From Leptogorgia sarmentosa (Eukaryota), in the NCBI GenBank assembly GCA_964658305.1, contig OZ210884.1, positions 5,518,001 to 5,582,000 on the forward strand: a stretch of DNA of 64,000 bases, read 5' to 3'. This document shows, piece by piece, positions 36,801-50,207 of this stretch. The notes below the pieces were generated by a model that worked only from the letters and a program-made list of their open reading frames with translations, had not been told where the DNA came from and did not search any database. Position numbers and translations under genes: made by a program. Each line of letters opens with the position of its first letter. Position 1 is the first letter of the stretch.

Positions 36801-39800
36801 GGATCTTGGTCACTATTTTTAAAGACGTTATTATTTAAAAGACGAAATTTTGACCAGTTCGTGTCACTTCGCCAAACTTTTGTCTAAATTGAAAAAAAAA
36901 ACACAAATTCAATTAGATTGGGGTTTTTTTGTGCGCGCAAGACAACGCGAAAATATATTTCTGTAATGATTAGTGAGCAAAAAATTTGCTATGACCTTTT
37001 TCTCCACGGATCAACCATTTTGCTAAGTAAGTTTTCCGTTCACACTAACAATAATTTTATTATATTTTTTTTATTTTTACGATGTTATATAATGAACATC
37101 ATAGAGGTGAGAAAAGTTCACTCACCTGTTCTCTGTCAGGTTCAAGTTGTGTAGCAAATCCGATAGCCACACCAATGACAGCTACAGACACAACAAGAAC
37201 GAGCCAACGCACATATTTATGCGTAACAATATTCCTGAAAAACCATCCACCGAAAAATTCGATGACATATTCCAATATGGTCTTTCTTCTTCTTCTTGAA
37301 GATTCTCTGACATTCCCCTCCACCAATTCATTATCTGTGTTTGAATCTTGATGAGAGCAGTATAGTGCACAACAGCAACAGCGACCTTTAAGAAAGGTGA
37401 TAAAACTGTTGCACTACCACAACCATTCTAAAATACTAACATATATGAAATACTAATATTTGCATGCATCATGCAATATCATTATATCATGCCAGGCATG
37501 AATGAAAAAATTATATAGGGTCAGATAAATGGAGCCATTGCTTGTTTGCAATCACGTGACTTTTAGACCAAATGATGGGCAATCGAACGTACACGATTTT
37601 TCACGATCTCGAATTGTGAAATCCCTGCTCAATCACCAGTCAAATTTTAAAATATCATACATTCCTTGCGTGGTACTCATTTCCCACTCCTTTTTCAATT
37701 TCGCGTGATTTAATTCCGCGCAGCTTATACAGGACTTATTCGCGCAGCTTTTAATTCGCGCAGAAGGAGGCTTGGGGATTGCAATTTGGCTACGTACCTT
37801 TTCGACTTGAATAATGGTACATCACCACAGTTGGGAAGAACAATATGACTGAAAGGTAATTGACAAATACAAGAACAGCAGAGAAAATACCAAATGAAGA
37901 TATTGCCAGCAACGGAGAAGGCGCATTGGAGAGAAAAGCCACGACTGTTGTTATGGACGTCACAAACATCGTCTTAGCTGACTTGCGATAAACGTCCGAC
38001 ATTCTGTGAGCAAGGCTTCTATATCTACGCCCTGCGCTTTGCTTCCACATGTCCATGAAAACAAATACGTTATCGGAACCAATGCCCAAAATAATGAAAA
38101 TTGACATAACGTGGAACACTCCGAAATATCTGTAATCCAGAACAATTCTGTAAAGTAGATTTGTGATGTTGAAACTTGAGAAGATGCTGAAAATTCCCCA
38201 GCTGGTGATCCACAAGGATCCAGTTTGGAACCAACAAAATAAAAAGATGAAACAGAGACTAGCCACAGCTAACATCATATCGTAGATGATTTGATGTTGT
38301 AGAGCCGCTGTCCACAATGATTGGGTAAAGTAATAAAAATTCATCTTTCCAACACCATCTTCATATTTCTCCTTAAAAGTATCCCAAAATATTTCCACAA
38401 CTCTTCTGTCCAATTCTTTTTTTTGGTCAACATTCCGATCGATTCTGCTTTCGTATCCTTTTAGAGGTAAGCCGGTGAATAATAAAGACCTTGTATAACG
38501 GGAGAAAACCTCAGTTGATGAAATCCGAGCGTTCTTTCCCAAGTGAAAGTTCAAAATCGCGTTGCTCTTCTTATTTAGGGTAGCCGTGTGGATTACACCA
38601 ACAATATTCTCAAAATTTGGATCGTAAAATGTCGAATTTAGCGCGGCATAGGAACCATCAAAAAATCTCAATATCGAATAAGGCTTAGTGCAAGTGCGCT
38701 TTTTTGTTTCTTGTAACAAGCAGAGTTCACTCTGATAGCTTGTGCGATTAAACAAAGTGTCTTCAAAATGTTTTAAACTAAGTAAATTTTCTCGTGTAAA
38801 AACATTATCGCCTTCGTAAACCAATTGTATTGGATCGTACTTCGCCGTTCTCTCTTTCTGGCCTCCACTCAGTGCGACAATTTCGTCATTGTCACTTGCA
38901 TACGTCCATGCATCCGTGCGCAGTTTTGTCGCGTCCTTGGACAGATCCAGTGGCACTTCACCAAAATTAACAGGCAGTATACTGTATCCAGAGAGAAATA
39001 AAATACCGCTGAGGACGAGCATTAATATGTGCATGGAGAGAGCGATACCTGAAGAATGAAAAAAGGTTTTTAAGGCCGCTTTTTAGTGACGGAATTTTAC
39101 ACGTACGTGTGTACGCACGTAAAAGTCCAAATCCTCTGTCTAAATCCCTCTATGGCTGACTAATCCGCATACCTTGTCATTATTTAAAAACACTAACGAA
39201 CTTTAGATGTAAAAGAATACGAACGAATATTGGCTTGAAATAGTTTTATTTCAAATACGAAATATAGTTTCTTGAAGTTAAAACGTTTCAGAACGTTCCA
39301 TGCGAATATTTTATATCAAATTTAAGTTTAATGACATGAGTGCGACATGTATTCTGCAAATTAAAGAATTGTCAATAAAAACCAGGCTGAAAACTGATAT
39401 TTTTGCCATTATTTCCTCATTATTAAAAAATGTACTCAAAAATATGAATTGCCGTGTTGTTACTATAACAATGCCACAGTACTTCATGTTGCGTACCGCG
39501 TACGTCTTGGTACGCCAGTACTTAGTAAGGCGAGCGAAGGGTTGCTGCATGTAGGTATTTCTAGTACGTCATCGAAATTGAATTCTCGCCAAAGAGTGGG
39601 TGTGAAAAATGATGGCCCCTTAGGCAAATGGAGCATTGAACCTTACAAATAAAAGACTTTTTCTCACATTTTCAAAAGAATCTAACTCATCAAAGGCTGT
39701 AGTTACGCTCACGCGCAATTAAACTCATCAAATTTAAAACATATTTGACATGTCCAGAGTATTTAGAGACCATTTTACTGGGATTTGACTATACACATAC

Positions 39801-41719
39801 TGTCGGTTGTCTTTGCCAAATTTCATAATAGATTTACGTTTTACAATATACTTGCATAATCTTAAAACATCTGTTCAGGGTCCATGACAACAAAAGTAAA
39901 ATATCAGTCACGTTAATCAAATATCACTTTTGAAAGATCTTTGTGCAAATTGAGCTTTACTTGTCTTCATTTTTTTTGCATTTTTAGGCAATATCCATTT
40001 ATTGGTATTATTCATACTCCCAATAAATTTATATATAGATAATCACGAATATTATCCCAGTGGAACTGCATTTTGGCATATGTTTTTCTTACAACTACAT
40101 GCCTTGTTTTACCCATTGGGTCACAATGCATCTGAATACAGTAGACAGTATATTATAACAGTTACTCTGCTTTGTTGTTTACTTGGTTGGAGTAATGTAC
40201 GCTTTTAGGTAATCAAACTACCCTGAGTTGCATTGAAAACAACCTCAAATGTGAGCTTACCATCTGAAGATAAAGCATTTGATACAGTTGTTGAACATTA
40301 GCTCCGAGAACATTATGATTTATCATATTTCTTGCCGAAACACATTAAGGTAGAGAGGTAGATAGTCTTGCTGCTATAAGGAGGGGAAGAGGGAATGAAT
40401 TTGTTCGGATGTCTGAAAGGGGGAAGAGGGAATGAATTTGTTCGGATGTCTGAAAGGGGGAAGAGGGAATGAATTTGTTCGGATGTCTGAGGGAGGAAGA
40501 GGGAATGAATTTGTTCGGATGTCTGAAGGGGGAAGAGGGAATGAATTTGTTCGGATGTCTGAAGGGGGAAGAGGGAATGAATTTGTTCGGATGTATGAAG
40601 GGGGAAGAGGAGTAAATATTCAGCTTTTCCATGGTGACATATGGATGTTTAAAAAGGCCCAGTCACACAATACCAGATTACTTTTGGGGTAACATCAAAT
40701 TTGGCTTTTTCAAAGGGGATTCATCACTCAAAATTGTGAATACAAACAGTTTCAAGAGCAGAGAAGACAGACAAGCATCCTAAATTGATGTCACTCTATG
40801 TGAATGCAGTGTGATGTAACCTTAGTGGAATGACTGGTCCATTCTCACTTTTCTTTGAAGTTTGACAGCCGCCAGCACAATACTGACTATGTCTGTCTAC
40901 CGCTCCATTGTAAATTCTAGATCTGTCTCACAGACTCACACGACAAAGTGCAAGGGTCGTACCAGGTAGTACAACTTCAATAATAAACACGACATTTTAC
41001 TCAGAGAATAAATAAAATAAAAACCACGCGCTCGGTTGAAATAAGCTACCCAATTACACTGGTTAAAAAATACTACATAATTATTGCAGTAAGAACAGCA
41101 TCAGATCTGTAAAGAGTTATTGCGGCGACCTTTATATACTGTCACTATACTATTAGAACTGTCAATTGTCTGTTTATACTTTATCGTTGAATCGAAAGCG
41201 GAAAGCTAACCGTGTATCTTCAATTAACAAAGAATTAGTATAAAAACAAGGTTTTAACACAGCATGTTTCTAAAATAATTTGCTATACAACAAGCTACAG
41301 ATATTTCATAACACAAGAGGTTAAGCCAATGTGAACATCATATTGAAACGCTCGCTGTTTTTAAAGAACCCTTCAACTTCCAGCTACAAAATGATATTGA
41401 AAACTATACAGTACTCAACCCATGACCTCTCAGCATCTGATCAAATCGTGTTTAAAAACACGAAACTATATCTCGATCACAGCTAGAAATTTGAGAAGAT
41501 ATTGTAGTAAACACGGGAAATACGAGCCAACTCACCAAATGCAAATTTTGGTTTCGCTACAATGAACGCACATAAACGAATAACGCTGCCGGATTTAACA
41601 TATTCCAACTCTGCGTTCTCTTGCAATTGTATGCTATCCTTTGCTTCAATATGATTTTCCTTTTCTTCGCTGTGATTGTCGTTGAGAAGAGACGCAGTTG
41701 TTTGCGTGTTGTTTGCCAT
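33882..41719 (-). CDS. Dispatched-like / Patched-domain (sterol-sensing, RND family) multi-TM protein, ~1063 aa, 9 coding exons
   Basis: Exons 41719-41536, 39048-37798, 37385-37126, 36883-36659, 36225-36100, 35787-35496, 35047-34920, 34816-34727, 34517-33882 join in frame (3192 nt). SSD with FIILGIGSDNVFVFMD and TMFVTSITTVVAF. Second repeat with IVGLAVDYVVHLA and GVSVLSGACST. Confidence 0.92.
35297..35488. mobile_element. MITE in the GC-AG intron of the Dispatched-like gene; partial related copy at ~19548-19690
   Basis: Inverted ends aaggtccgttc / gaacgggcttt. Shares tgaacgagtggatt...aatgtgctgaga and gtttactcgttc...aaaatcgca with 19548-19690. Confidence 0.7.
35828..36059. mobile_element. Harbinger-like MITE, right end truncated (family of 62882-63120)
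   Basis: Inverted pair cgtttagcttaaacggtggataa (~35848) and ttatccaccgtttaagctaaacg (~36028). The same motifs occur at 62882-63120. Confidence 0.75.
40381..40611. repeat. 36-37-bp minisatellite, ~6 copies, intron 1 of the Dispatched-like gene
   Basis: Unit GAAGGGGGAAGAGGGAATGAATTTGTTCGGATGTCT repeated in tandem. Confidence 0.95.
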
Positions 41720-42377
41720 ATCTTATGTTGAATAATATTTCACATTTGTTTTAAAAGACACGACTCTCTTTATCACAAAAAGATGACATAATCCTTCACA
41801 ATTCCTTAGTTAAATGGTGTACCATTCCTTGATTTTCCATGATTTTCCTTAAAACCCACTGAACTATACTAAACAATCTGGAGCTGCGTGCTCAAAACCT
41901 AAGTGAAGTCGGGCAAAGGTTTTGTTTTTGTTCAAGGTGACCACTTATTTTCTTAAAAACATTTTTTGATCTCTTTGATTTCATTTCTTGAAAATTACGT
42001 GCTAAAGGAAGAAGGTGCTCTGACGGATCTGAAATAGCCGTTACCGTAAAAAAAAAGTGTCGCCAAGAACATGGTAGATTTTCGCCAAACTTACTTCATT
42101 CACGTTAAAATTAAGGGCGAACACCACTGACCCAAAAAATAAAGTGAAGAAAAAACTTGTTCACACTCCTCTTTTAAAGCCGTGCCTTAGTCAACAATCT
42201 TTCATTTGTATACCAAAAGAAGCCAACTAAAAAGGTCGATTTCCGGCGATCTAGATACCCTTAGACTATAGTCTGTTTTTTTTTTCCTTGAACCCCCTCA
42301 TTTTGACTCCAAGGTCTGTACGCAGGCTACATACCCTAAATGTTCAAAATTTCCTCGCTCGGCGCCTTTTGAGGTTC

Positions 42378-42428
42378 GCCCCCCCCCACCCCCCCCCCCA
42401 CCCCCCCCCCCCCCCCCCCCCCACCCCA
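42378..42428. repeat. Interrupted poly-C tract (G-rich on the minus strand)
   Basis: ~50 nt of C runs broken by single A residues. Shorter C tracts occur at 3223-3238 and 36550-36580. Confidence 0.9.
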
Positions 42429-42634
42429 ATTTTGTAATGCTCATATATATCAAGCTCCTGTTTTTAAGGAGTGTTTGAATATTTTATTGTTGAGGGCCAC
42501 CCCCGCAATAATTTCTAGCATTCTGTACTAATTCCTGAAATACAATTAAGACCAATATCAGCGCTAAGCAATTAATTTATAGTTTATTCTATATAGGCTT
42601 CAACAGTCTATAACATGCGATGTAAAAAAATGCT

Positions 42635-42647
42635 TTTATTATTTATT
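42635..42647 (-). terminator. Tandem AATAAA polyadenylation signal candidates downstream of the LRP5/6-like stop codon
   Basis: tttatt at 42635-42640 and 42642-42647 on the + strand, ~410 nt past the stop. AATAAA is common in AT-rich DNA, so support is weak. Confidence 0.35.
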
Positions 42648-43054
42648 GCCTTTTTGTTTCATCAAGCAAATGTGGTTGCATATGGATTTATGGATTGAAA
42701 TACTTTCGTCTAATTAACTGAAATATCCTCGGGGGCGATACAACATGCATGCATAATGACGATAGTTGGGTCTTACGCCTTTCATCATCAAGTATGTATC
42801 AGAGGGTCCTGAAGGGGTAAAATGGGAACTGGGATTTGCTTATTTATGGCGGGGAAAATGGTATTTCAGCACCCTCGTATCTATAGTTAGCTTATACCAA
42901 CAGCTGATGTGAACAAATGCAATTGTGATTGAAATAGCCTATTGTTCGAATTTGAATGGCTCAATGTATGGTCAGTTGAACAATTTCATATTATTAATAG
43001 TTACTAATTTTTACGGAATGTACAATGCATATAAGATGAATCATGAATTATTAT

Positions 43055-46000
43055 TTACAAATTAGGTTTTATGTGCTGCAGATGAACACCTTTCACCACC
43101 ATTCCATTAGGTACAAAATCCATAATAATGTCCCTGTCCTTCGGGTTATTTTTATTAATTTTCCCAAGAATTCTGCTCTGTAAGTCCGTCCAGTATAAGT
43201 AATGGCCAACCAAGGTGAATCCGATGATATGAGGGACACCTTCATCAGTGAGAATGACACGATTAGTTCCAGTCAAGTCACAGAATTCTATTTTATCAAG
43301 TTTAGCGTCTGCCCAGTACAATTTACGTTGCTGGTGGTCTATAACAAGACCATTTGGCCAAACTATCGACGTATTGATCAAAGTTTCTCTCTCAGTTCCG
43401 TCCAATTTTGCTCTCTCTATTTTAGGCTTCAACCCCCAATCTGACCAATAGACAAACCTGCATAGAAATATCCAATTCATTACGCAATCACTTATCATGA
43501 TTTCCGTGTTTGGATGGTCGCATTTAAACACGCGGGAAATTTGTGAGAGTTGAGAAAGGCTAAATAATGAGATGTGAGGGGGCGGACGATTTATATATCC
43601 ATGTTCTGCATATTGATATTTTGTTTTAAAATTTCTGTTTTTTGAACACAAATATATCCATATATGTCCCTCCCAAAGTACGCTACAAATCCGATCTGAT
43701 CTAAAATAATTAAGTTAGAGGGAAAAAATGTACATTGTACAAGCTAGCTAGCTTGTCTGCAATGCCCCGGTATCGGGATAGTGATTACCTTTCCTTAGGA
43801 TCTACAGCAATGGCTCGTGGTTCATCCAGACTACTGGATATAATCACTTTTCTTAAACTACTATTCAAATACGACATCTCGATTCTGTCTGATTGTGCAT
43901 CGGTCCAGTATACAGCGCGATTGATCCAGTCAACTGTAAGATCTTCTGCTGAGGAGTCATTGCTTTTTACGACTGTTCTTACGTCTGAGGGAAGATGGAA
44001 GATTTGATTAGTGCATAATACCCGAGCATTCCCATGACAACTAGTCTTATAGTAGTTTCCCGCTGAGCGGATCCCCCTTTGGGAGTAGGGGATGGGGTGT
44101 ATTCTTAACCAACGACAAGACGTTCGCTTATTCTGGACATTTCTCAGTTTTTCCTCAGAGAAACCTCATGAATTACAAGAAGATCTTGAATTAAGAACAT
44201 AATTCACTCATGATACTTTCACTGACTTCATGGTTAAAAATGACTTTTGTATTTTTTCAAAAATTGCAGTCTACATCTTTACCCTGGTTCCGCAATTGCA
44301 AACTTTTCGACAGGATTGAAACAGTTTCAATTTGAAAGTTTCACTGACAATCTCTAGCAATCACTGCATGCAGTAGAATACTTATTACACAGTAATCTAT
44401 TTTATGAACGATATATGGCTATAGCTCTCCGTTTGTCACTACAAGAATATTTAGACTTGCTTGATTGCTCTAAATCCCAGCTCCTGGGTGTATTCGACAT
44501 TTTGAGTTATTAATGGATTCATGCAACTACATAACAAAATAAATATTTACCAGAACCATTAAGACGTGCACATTTAATAGCATAATACTGGGAATCAATC
44601 CAACAAGCCTGCTCCTTCACAGGGTCAAAATCAACTGCAACCACGTGACCAATATTTTTTATTGGTAGTTGAAGATCCCGATGTTCTGCAGTGCTTAGTG
44701 ATAGAATACGTATTTCACTTCGTTGGGTAAGTAACAGGAACTTCTTAGGACCTGACGTCAAAAAACAAACAAACAAACAAACAACAAATATAAACCACGA
44801 TAAAATGGAGCGATCTATATATGACGTTCCAGTCGACCATGTTGTTGGCGTACTACAACAGAAGAATTTTAAATACATTCTTTTGAAAAGTAAGTCCAAC
44901 GACTGAGTGAAAGCGCTCTATTATAGAATTTGAGTATCAAGCTTGTGATATGATGGCCGTTTTAGTTTTGTATATAGATATTTTGTTTCCGCGTAGGTTC
45001 CTTTGCGTCTTACCATTCTCGCATGTTTTCATGTCCGACATCAAAGCAACACCAGAAGGACAAGCACACGAGTGACGTCTACCTGGAGCTATTAAACATA
45101 AATGACTACATCCACCATTTTCTGTTTCACAAGGGTTGAATGTAACTGTAAATATAATTAAAAAAACCTCATTAATCACTCAAAAGAAAAATATTGACAA
45201 AAGTAATCACAACCGTTGCAAATATTTATATGTGAAAAAGATCCACCTTAATTTAGATAAAATAAGCTTTTGATTTTCTGGACTTAGACTTAGATTATTT
45301 TCCCCCCGCAGTGAATTCATAAGATGGGTCGTTTTCTACAGGCCATTTAAAGCCTGTTTTCCCCGGCCTAGTCGAAAAGCGACTTGATTGGCTTGCAACA
45401 AACACTGATGAAATCACCAGCCAATCACATTCGCTTTTTGTTTGTTTGCGCGAAAAAAATCGCCAAGTGGAAAACGGGCTTAAAACACTCCCTGTCGATG
45501 GTTTATCAGATATAATACACGAAGTTGTATATCTCCTCCACCTTTTATCTGAAAGGGCACGTCTTCTGCTCGTATTGTAAATAGTAATTAAAACATTGGC
45601 GGTTTCATGCTACATTTTGAACCATGTATACGACCATTTGGTTATTGCGTCCACTTTTCAGTTTGTCCCACTTTAATGTATTTCCTTACAATAATACGAC
45701 CAAAATAGTGAATAACTTTGATAGTAAAATGTGCAACAAAAACTCGTTGTCTCGGTCTATGGCAAATAGTACGAGAGTCGTGAAAAACGATCATTTGCTA
45801 CCCTAAAATATTGAATTGTAAAGCCAGGTCAAATAGCGTGAGGAAGGCTATGTAGTACTATGAAGGCGTATTTTTTTTATTGTGCACTGAAGAAATATTC
45901 TCTGTTGTCACAGCTTACCGTTTGGTTGTCTTCCAGCTTCGTAAACCTTGATGTCCATAGGATAGTAAATATTTGTCTTGATTACACTTACATCATACGT

Positions 46001-48859
46001 CATATTGCTGCTGAGAACGCGGCAATTTCGTATTGAATTAGTGTCCCAATCCGTCCAATAAAGCTGTTTAGCAAATATCGTCAAGGCATATGGATGATTG
46101 ACAGCTTGTGTGTACGTTATGCGTCTGTTGGTGCCATGGTAATCAACGCTAGCGATGTAGTTGTATCTAGCATCAATCCAGTAAACTCTCTTCTCTTCAT
46201 AATCTAAGGTCAGTCCATTTGGCCAGGTAATGAAAGTATCTACGATGTTAGTCTGGTTTGAACCATCCATTCCAGCACGTGATATGCACGGGGTCTCGCC
46301 CCAGTCCGACCAAAACATAAACCTAAAAATATATACGCGCGATTTTCTTTTTTTCGTTTTTGTTTTATGGTTGCCGGGTCACCACAACAGCTAACTGCTG
46401 TGCAGGGCACTGCTTGTTTACGAAACGCTGTCAATTGTTCCTGTGGGAGAGTTGAAACAGGAGTAGCGAGACAAAACTCGCACTTTTCAGCAGAACGCTG
46501 ACTTTACATTTACTTATTTTGATTCGAGTCACATTAGCTCGGTACGACTTTAGAGGTGACAAATTTGGGAAAACGTTTTTAGTATAATAGTCTAGCTCTG
46601 ATTAAAAGCAGAATCTTCTAATGCATTGTGATCCACACATCAATGGAAAGCGTCAGTCAGTTTTTCAGTTACAGTGCATTGTTACTTTTTCGCTCATTCA
46701 ACTTTAAAATTTAATTAAGATTAGATCTGGATGTTTGATCTCAATTTGATACAAATGCGCATGCATGCAATCATAGTTACCCAGCTTCAGGATCAACTCC
46801 AATTGCTCTAGGATTATCAAGATTCCTCCATATCAAAGATTTACGATATCTTCCATCAATACGTGAAACACAGATTTGTTTTAGGTCATGATCTGTCCAA
46901 TATAGTTTTCCTGTAAGCCAATCAATAGCCAGGCCTTCAGGACGGCCCAGATCACCGGATACGATAACACGTGGCTTACATGACGTGCTCGCCGAGCAGC
47001 TAAATATTTTTTGTTCTGACACATCACTCCAAAATATCGAGTGATTTTTGAACAGGAAATCAACTGCAACCGCACTCTCTAGCGTCGATACCAAAGTGCG
47101 TTCATTTCCAGGACTTTTTCTATTTGACCAAAAGAAGCGGATGTCGTTCTGGTTGGCATACAGTAACCTCAACGGAAATGCTGCAAAATACCAAACCAGA
47201 ATTTGTTTCATAAATTTGTGTCATATATTTTGAACAAACACATCGATTGCTCTTCGTCTAAAATAGTTTCACATAAACGGTATCTGTCAGACTGGCCGAA
47301 TGTATCCCATAAATTTTGGACAAATTACACAGATAACCAACCAAGTTGTCACCAGCTGGTGGTCAACTTGAAAGGGTTTGCTACTTTGGCAACCGTACAC
47401 AATCTTAAATTCTTTTCTATACAGTAGTTTGTTTTATGTTAAATATCTATTTATTAACTACAAGTATAATATCATGTTATTGTGATGTAATTACTCTGAG
47501 TATATATCCACACCGGACAGGCTGAAAAATTTTGTTTGTCATTAAAAGTATTTTAAACCATCTTCGTTGTTTTTATTCACACTTCTTCTTCAGTTTCACT
47601 TATATTTTCAAATTTCAGGCACCAGTTAGTTAAACTCCATTTTAATCATATAGAGGGCAACATTATGAGGAGGGCATTTTTTCTTAATTCAGAGGGCAAA
47701 GTTACTTTGCTCTGATTGGCTAAATTTCGGAATGTTTTGTAATTTGCGTTCATTTTACGTCGGACATTTAATGGCTTCCTCGCAGTATTTGTCGTGTGTG
47801 CATGAAATCGACAAATTGAATTAGTTTCAAGCAATTTGGTATAAATATATTTAACCAAATTTATTGAATAAACCTGTCGTTTATATAATTTGTATATCAT
47901 TTATTTCACTTTCCAACGTTGTTAAGCGACATTGACAAATATATTGACTGTTTGTTTATTGATTTTCTAAAGTGCTCTTGGAGTGCCGAATGACTGAAAA
48001 CCTGAAGTTGACATTCAATTCCTATCGATTCATGTTTGAATAAATCTATCGTAAATATGATCAAGAAGTAATCACTTCGCGAGAAATTAAACCTTAATTT
48101 TACTCGACCCCATGCGATTACTTATACAAGATAATCAGATGTGACTCATTCGTTTGTGTATTGAACCCGGCAACCCGCTCATACCTGTGTTCAACTTCAA
48201 AGCTTGAAAATATATATTTTGTTTAATGACAAGTTCTATCTGACTATAACTGGAAATCGCCCTCACTGAGTAATCCAGGACCAGGAAGAAACTTATAGTA
48301 TCATTAGTATGTATATATTACGACTCGACCACCATCTCAACGGGTAGCCTCGGTCAAAAACGTCCTGTTTCTGTTTTCTTCGTATTTAAGTTCAATTTAC
48401 AGAAGGAGATATTGAGCGAAATCTTTTCGGCGTGTCTTCAATGACCATGCATATGCGATGTTGTGTAATAATGTGTTTTTAATAATGTCATGTAGGAACA
48501 TGAATGTATGTGGGAGCAGAGCGAGTCAGCAAGAGAATATTTTCAATCCAACCCGAAATATGTATTGCAGCATTTGGGTTAATCGTGCCAGACGTTATAG
48601 TTATGGCTTCACATGAAGATAACATATTCAAATTTCATTTCATTTCACAATATATTTATCTTACTAACATTTTTTCTAGTATTTGGTAACTCGTTGTCCG
48701 CTGCGATTACCAGAGCATTCGGTTGTGCTGGTATGTTTGCTGTAAACAAGATCTGCATTGCATGGCAACAACTGCAGAGTGAGTAAATTAGAAGTCTCAC
48801 CACTTACTTGATCGGATAGAGATGAGAAGATATACCAAAACAAACAAGATTTTCCCCAT
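43055..48859 (-). CDS. LRP5/6: LRP5/6-like protein, truncated: signal peptide + YWTD propeller 1 + EGF + YWTD propeller 2, ~595 aa
   Basis: Exons 48859-48808 ([17 protein letters not shown], inferred first exon), 47180-46781, 46322-45919, 45145-45014 ([18 protein letters not shown]...CACPSG), 44751-44551, 43984-43789, 43457-43055 join in frame (1788 nt). Motifs [58 protein letters not shown] and PMDI match the LRP5/6 first propeller. Confidence 0.88.
45350..45481. mobile_element. Tourist/Harbinger-like MITE (AGCCTGTTTTCC / GGAAAACGGGCT ends); second copy at 56532-56681
   Basis: Both copies share the internal gattggct...aaacactga...ccaatcacattcg. TAA-type flanks. Confidence 0.8.
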
Positions 48860-50207
48860 TTCCTTTCTTTCTTAGATTGCGCCAAGGTAAGACAGGAGTG
48901 GATACAGATTTGAACAGACTGAAACACGACACAATACTAACAAAAATCTCATCAAAAACGCCAGGTGGCATGTCATCATTCATGACAACAAAGTGATATT
49001 TCCGCTGCTCTGCCTGTGAAACGGGCGTGAAAATGGTATATATTTAGGTTATAACGGAAAATAACACGGTTAAAATGCAGCAAAAAAATTCAACTCGCTA
49101 CAGAATCAGCTCAACGAAGATCCTTTGCCGAAAAGTCGGATCTTATTGTATCGTTGATAGGTAGTGAGTAGAACTATTGTGAAATGGCACAGTTTTTTTT
49201 TGTAGGAATATCACATGTCATGTATGCAATATATAACTTAGAACAGGCACACTCGCATCAAACGTTGTAAATATAGAGCTCAAATCAGGTAAGAATTGCT
49301 GGCTAGTTGCGGTGTCTGGATCACACAGCACAATACGCTGTGCACGCAACATTTCGGTAGCCGGTAAACTGAAGATCTTGTCAGCATGCATAGTCGGAAT
49401 TGTGCTCTGGGAAGTCACCTCTTATCATTTTAGGAATCGCGAAGCTGCAGGCATGCAGAGCTATTGGGGGCAGTACGACAATCTAGAAAATACTAAACGA
49501 TTTTCTGGATAGTCATGGCTGGATCGCAGCGCGGCAGTAAATTTTCAAACAAAATATGGTATTTCACATGACCGGCAAAAATTATCGAATTGCATTGGCC
49601 AAATGGAGAGCTACATTTTACTGAAATGCAGTGCCATAACCTCAATTTACCAAGGGCCCAACAAAAAACATGTGGGCTCAATTTTAATCAAATTAATCAA
49701 CAATCCTTAAACTTACTCTAATCCATTCCTGGCCGTAAAACCAACCTCGGCCCTGACTCTGTTAGCTGCCTTGAGCCCCGGACTAATCCCGTGTATATCC
49801 TTTCGGGAAAAAGATATATGGAAAGACATTGGAAAGTGACCCGATTGAATTGTTATTTATACCTTTGTGCTATAAAATGGACTTTATTAAAGCGTAGATG
49901 GATTTACAGTATATGAAAAACACAATTAAATATTTGTCTTAGTTTTCCACTGAAAAATAGGATCGTTTCCTGCTCTACTGAACTTGCAAGTTACAATCTT
50001 GAAAATTCAAAACTTTACAACAGCTCGTTCCTAGGTTATTTTGTTACCAGTAAAGGAATCACTGATCTGGCTAATGGATGATAATATTTTATCGTCTTGT
50101 ATGCATGCGTCTTATATATTACTGTTTATAATTTCCTGGCCTACGACAACGTGATTTTTGCTAAATCACCAACAGTCTGTTAGTATGTGTGTCAAGTCTT
50201 AGTTCAA

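Noticed and set aside
40345..40692. Repetitive ORFs 40345-40632 and 40432-40692; CRISPR-like 36-bp period
   Set aside because: These are translations of an intronic minisatellite with no spacers between units.
43458..43651. N-terminal part of ORF 43055-43651
   Set aside because: Intron read-through. Propeller similarity starts at the acceptor at 43457.
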